From the NCBI RefSeq assembly GCF_028368995.1, contig NZ_JAQNDL010000004.1:640001-704000 (forward strand): DNA of 64,000 bases, given 5' to 3'. Positions 61,577 to 64,000 of the stretch are shown here, piece by piece. The number at the start of each line of letters is the position of its first letter. Within the stretch, counting starts at the first letter, position 1. Made by a program: the position numbers and the translations under genes. The notes below the pieces were generated by a model that was not told where the DNA came from, did not search any database, and saw only the letters and a program-made list of their open reading frames with translations. This stretch comes from Nannocystis bainbridge (lineage in GTDB: Bacteria > Myxococcota_A > Polyangia > Nannocystales > Nannocystaceae).

Positions 61577-61831
61577 ACGCCCGCGGCGCCCGGTTTCGAG
61601 CGGATCTGCGGGCCTGGGGGCGGAGACGAGATTTGACGCGATTGATGGGAGATGGTAAATGAGGTGATGTCGGCGGGGCGCTGCGACAGGTTCGCAGCAA
61701 TGCCTCCGCCGTTCGTCTTTGGGTCGACGCGAGGGCCGCCGGGCGGGTCGGGGCCTGCTGGCCGCAAGTCGCTTGTGGACGGTCCCGTGTGCGGCGTATC
61801 GTAACTGCAGTTCGCGCAATCGCTGGTGCGG

Positions 61832-61993
61832 ATGGCCAACGGGATGGAGATGGTCGGGGCGATCGGCGCTTCGATGCTGATCCCCGGCATCGTGCTCGCG
61901 GCGTTCGGCGGCCACGCGCTGCGCAAGGCCCGGGCCTCGCGCTTCAGCGCCTCGTTCGGGCCGCGCTCGGTGGGCCTGGCGCTGCGCTTCTGA
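61832..61993 (+). pseudogene. Probable C-terminal remnant of a membrane protein gene
   Basis: MANGMEMVGAIGASMLIPGIVLAAFGG...SVGLALRF resembles the C-termini of the 11728 and 26999 proteins; in-frame TAA just upstream. Confidence 0.35.
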
Positions 61994-62059
61994 GGCGCGG
62001 TCCGTGGCGTGACAGGTGGTCGCAGCGCCCGGCGGGGACGGTTCGGCTAGGCTCCGGGC

Positions 62060-62809
62060 ATGGCCGACGCCCCGTTCCTCACCGCCGAGTGGCGCGACCT
62101 CGTGATGCTGAACTTCGTCGTCGACCCGGCCGTGCTCGCGCCGCACGTCCCGCCGGGGACCGAGCTCGATCTGTTCGGCGGCGAGGCCTTCGTCAGCGTG
62201 GTCGGCTTCATGTTCCTGCGCACGCGCCTGATGGGCTGCCCCGTGCCGTGGCACCGCGATTTCGAGGAGCTCAACCTGCGCTTCTACGTCCGCCGGCGCG
62301 GGCAGGACGGCGAGCCGCACGTGGGCGCCGATGGCTACAAGCGCGGGGTCGCGTTCGTCAAGGAGATCGTGCCGCGCGCGGCGGTGGCGATGGTGGCGCG
62401 GCGGCTGTACGGCGAGCGCTACGAGGCCTGGCCCATGCGACATACGAAAGTGCCAGCCACGGCGGCGGCCAGCGGGGCGGTCGGCTACGCGGTGCGGATC
62501 GGCGGGCGCTGGCACGAGCTGGGGCTGGGGTTCCGCGGAGAGCCGGCCGCGCTCGTCCCCGGATCGGAGGCGGAGTTCATCGCCGAGCACTACTGGGGTT
62601 ACGTCGCCGGGCCGGGCCGGCCGACGATCGAGTACCGCGTCGAGCACCCGCCGTGGCGGGTCTGGCACGGCGAAGCGCCGCAGCTCCGGGCCGACGTGGC
62701 AGCGCTGTACGGTCGGGAGTGGGCTGCCGCCCTGGCGACGCCGCCGCGCTCGGCGTTCCTCGCCGACGGCTCGCCGGTCACGGTCTATCACGGCCGCAGG
62801 CTGACGTGA
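62060..62809 (+). CDS. DUF2071 (YqjF-like) protein
   Basis: FLTAEWRDLVMLNF.VDP..L...VP.G.ELD; FEELNLRFYV; FIAEHYWGY; YRVEHPPW. Confidence 0.88.
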   Translation: MADAPFLTAEWRDLVMLNFVVDPAVLAPHVPPGTELDLFGGEAFVSVVGFMFLRTRLMGCPVPWHRDFEELNLRFYVRRRGQDGEPHVGADGYKRGVAFVKEIVPRAAVAMVARRLYGERYEAWPMRHTKVPATAAASGAVGYAVRIGGRWHELGLGFRGEPAALVPGSEAEFIAEHYWGYVAGPGRPTIEYRVEHPPWRVWHGEAPQLRADVAALYGREWAAALATPPRSAFLADGSPVTVYHGRRLT

Positions 62810-62902
62810 GCGCTTGCGCCGGGGCGGCGAGTGGGCGACGCTCGGCGCCGAAGTGCCTCGCAGGAGCCGCATCGATCGGGGGACGGAGCGCCACGAGGCC
62901 GC

Positions 62903-62970
62903 TCGGTGTCTTCATGGACATGTCGTCATGGACATGTCGGATAGAACATGTTGGATGGGACATGTCCATG
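62903..62970. repeat. TGTC-N6-GACA array
   Basis: Junctions at 62905, 62919, 62933, 62947 and 62961. Confidence 0.85.
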
Positions 62971-63003
62971 AATTATAGCTCGTGAAGGGTTGGAGGTGAG
63001 CGC

Positions 63004-63786
63004 GTGGGTCTCTTTGATTTTCGCTGTCCGGTGTCCGGGCTGTCGCTGCGCGCCGCCGATGCGGTCCACGTGGCGCTGATCGAGCTCGATCCGGGCGAGT
63101 GGGCGCCGCTGTCGCTGCCGGTCGTCGGCTGCTACGACCGCGGCGGCTCGATCGACGGCTTCACCCCGGACTTCCGCACCGACCTGTTCGCGGCGGGGTT
63201 CGCCAGGTTCTACAAGTGCGGCCGCGCCGACGGCCCCGACGTCAGCCATGAGCTGCGCGAGTTCTCGCGTCAGCCCGACTTCGGGCGGCTGCTCCACGTG
63301 TTCGAGCGCGTCAACACGATGAGCCAGTGGCACGCGATGGAGTTCACGCTCGACGGCCTGCCGCTGCGGCAGGTCCTGATCCACGCGGAGGTGTTCTCGA
63401 CCGTGGCGCCGTCGGAGCCGCCGACCCGCGCCCCCGCGTTCGAGGCGATCGAGCAGCAGCTCGCGGCCGCGCCGGTGGCCCCGCAGGCGCGCGAGATGTT
63501 CGAGGCGCTGATCATCGCCGACGACCCGATCCGCTGCCAGACCGCCGCGGCGCTGTCGCAGCTGGCCGCGTTCTCGCGCTGGCTGGCGGAGCGCGGTAAG
63601 TCATGGTCACCGGCGCCGGAGAGCGGCCAGTACTTCGTTGAGACGGACCTCGAGTTCGCCCGCGAGGCGCGGACGACCTGGGCCGCCGACCCTCAGGTGC
63701 TGTCGGTCGTCGAGCTCGTGATCCAGGACCTCGAGGAGGAGCTCGCGGGCGGTCGGCGGCGTCGTCGACGTGCGCGCGCGCTGTGA
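63004..63786 (+). CDS. Hypothetical protein
   Basis: GGAGGTG RBS; MGLFDFRCPVSGLSL...PLSLPV.G.YDRGG.ID; GC3 bias. Confidence 0.7.
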   Translation: MGLFDFRCPVSGLSLRAADAVHVALIELDPGEWAPLSLPVVGCYDRGGSIDGFTPDFRTDLFAAGFARFYKCGRADGPDVSHELREFSRQPDFGRLLHVFERVNTMSQWHAMEFTLDGLPLRQVLIHAEVFSTVAPSEPPTRAPAFEAIEQQLAAAPVAPQAREMFEALIIADDPIRCQTAAALSQLAAFSRWLAERGKSWSPAPESGQYFVETDLEFAREARTTWAADPQVLSVVELVIQDLEEELAGGRRRRRRARAL

Positions 63787-63961
63787 AGCACGTGCGTCGC
63801 GGTCGGCCGATCGGATCGCCACGATCGGCGTGCCGAGCGTGCGGGGACGCTGTACTCGTCGGCGGGGATCCGGATCTCCGAGACGCTGGCCGAGTACATG
63901 ATGAACCTGCGCGCGACGTACCCGTGAGCGGGGACTTTGTATGAGTCCGGGTGTGAATGAT

Positions 63962-63984
63962 CAACATGTCTCGATGGACATGTA
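63962..63984. repeat. TGTC-N6-GACA copy
   Basis: CATG at 63965 and 63979 (TGTCTCGATGGACA). Confidence 0.7.
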
Positions 63985-64000
63985 GCGGCCGGTCTTGGAA

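Noticed and set aside
63841-63927. Short coding-like stretch after the 63004 gene
   Set aside because: No start codon or RBS and too short to call.

Overview
Very GC-rich myxobacterial DNA; the gene content and the many Thr-linker lipoproteins suggest a Nannocystis-like organism (inference). About 45 plausible genes; most long ORFs in the supplied track are GC-rich shadow frames. No rRNA, tRNA or CRISPR array was seen. Main blocks: a translationally coupled GHKL/HSP90-like ATPase plus a giant degenerate-GHKL partner (2.2-8.3 kb); tandem Cys-rich lectin-headed surface proteins; a Ser/Thr kinase-VKOR/DsbA-OmpA-TlpA cluster; stress and repair genes (uvsE, ada, J-protein, STAS proteins, rnk with a leader terminator); an ACP homologue lacking its phosphopantetheinylation serine, next to an IS66 scar and a pseudogene; two family 2B encapsulin genes plus geosmin synthase; and a three-gene protease/nuclease module (trypsin-Endonuclease I fusion, S8 subtilase, EAD-like-trypsin) whose members share short peptide motifs. 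This last module is the best candidate for an undescribed conflict or defence system. Separately, a 14-bp palindrome TGTC-N6-GACA recurs across the window as exact 14-bp-period arrays in intergenic gaps and as copies inside genes. All family calls come from motif recognition by eye; no database searches were run.
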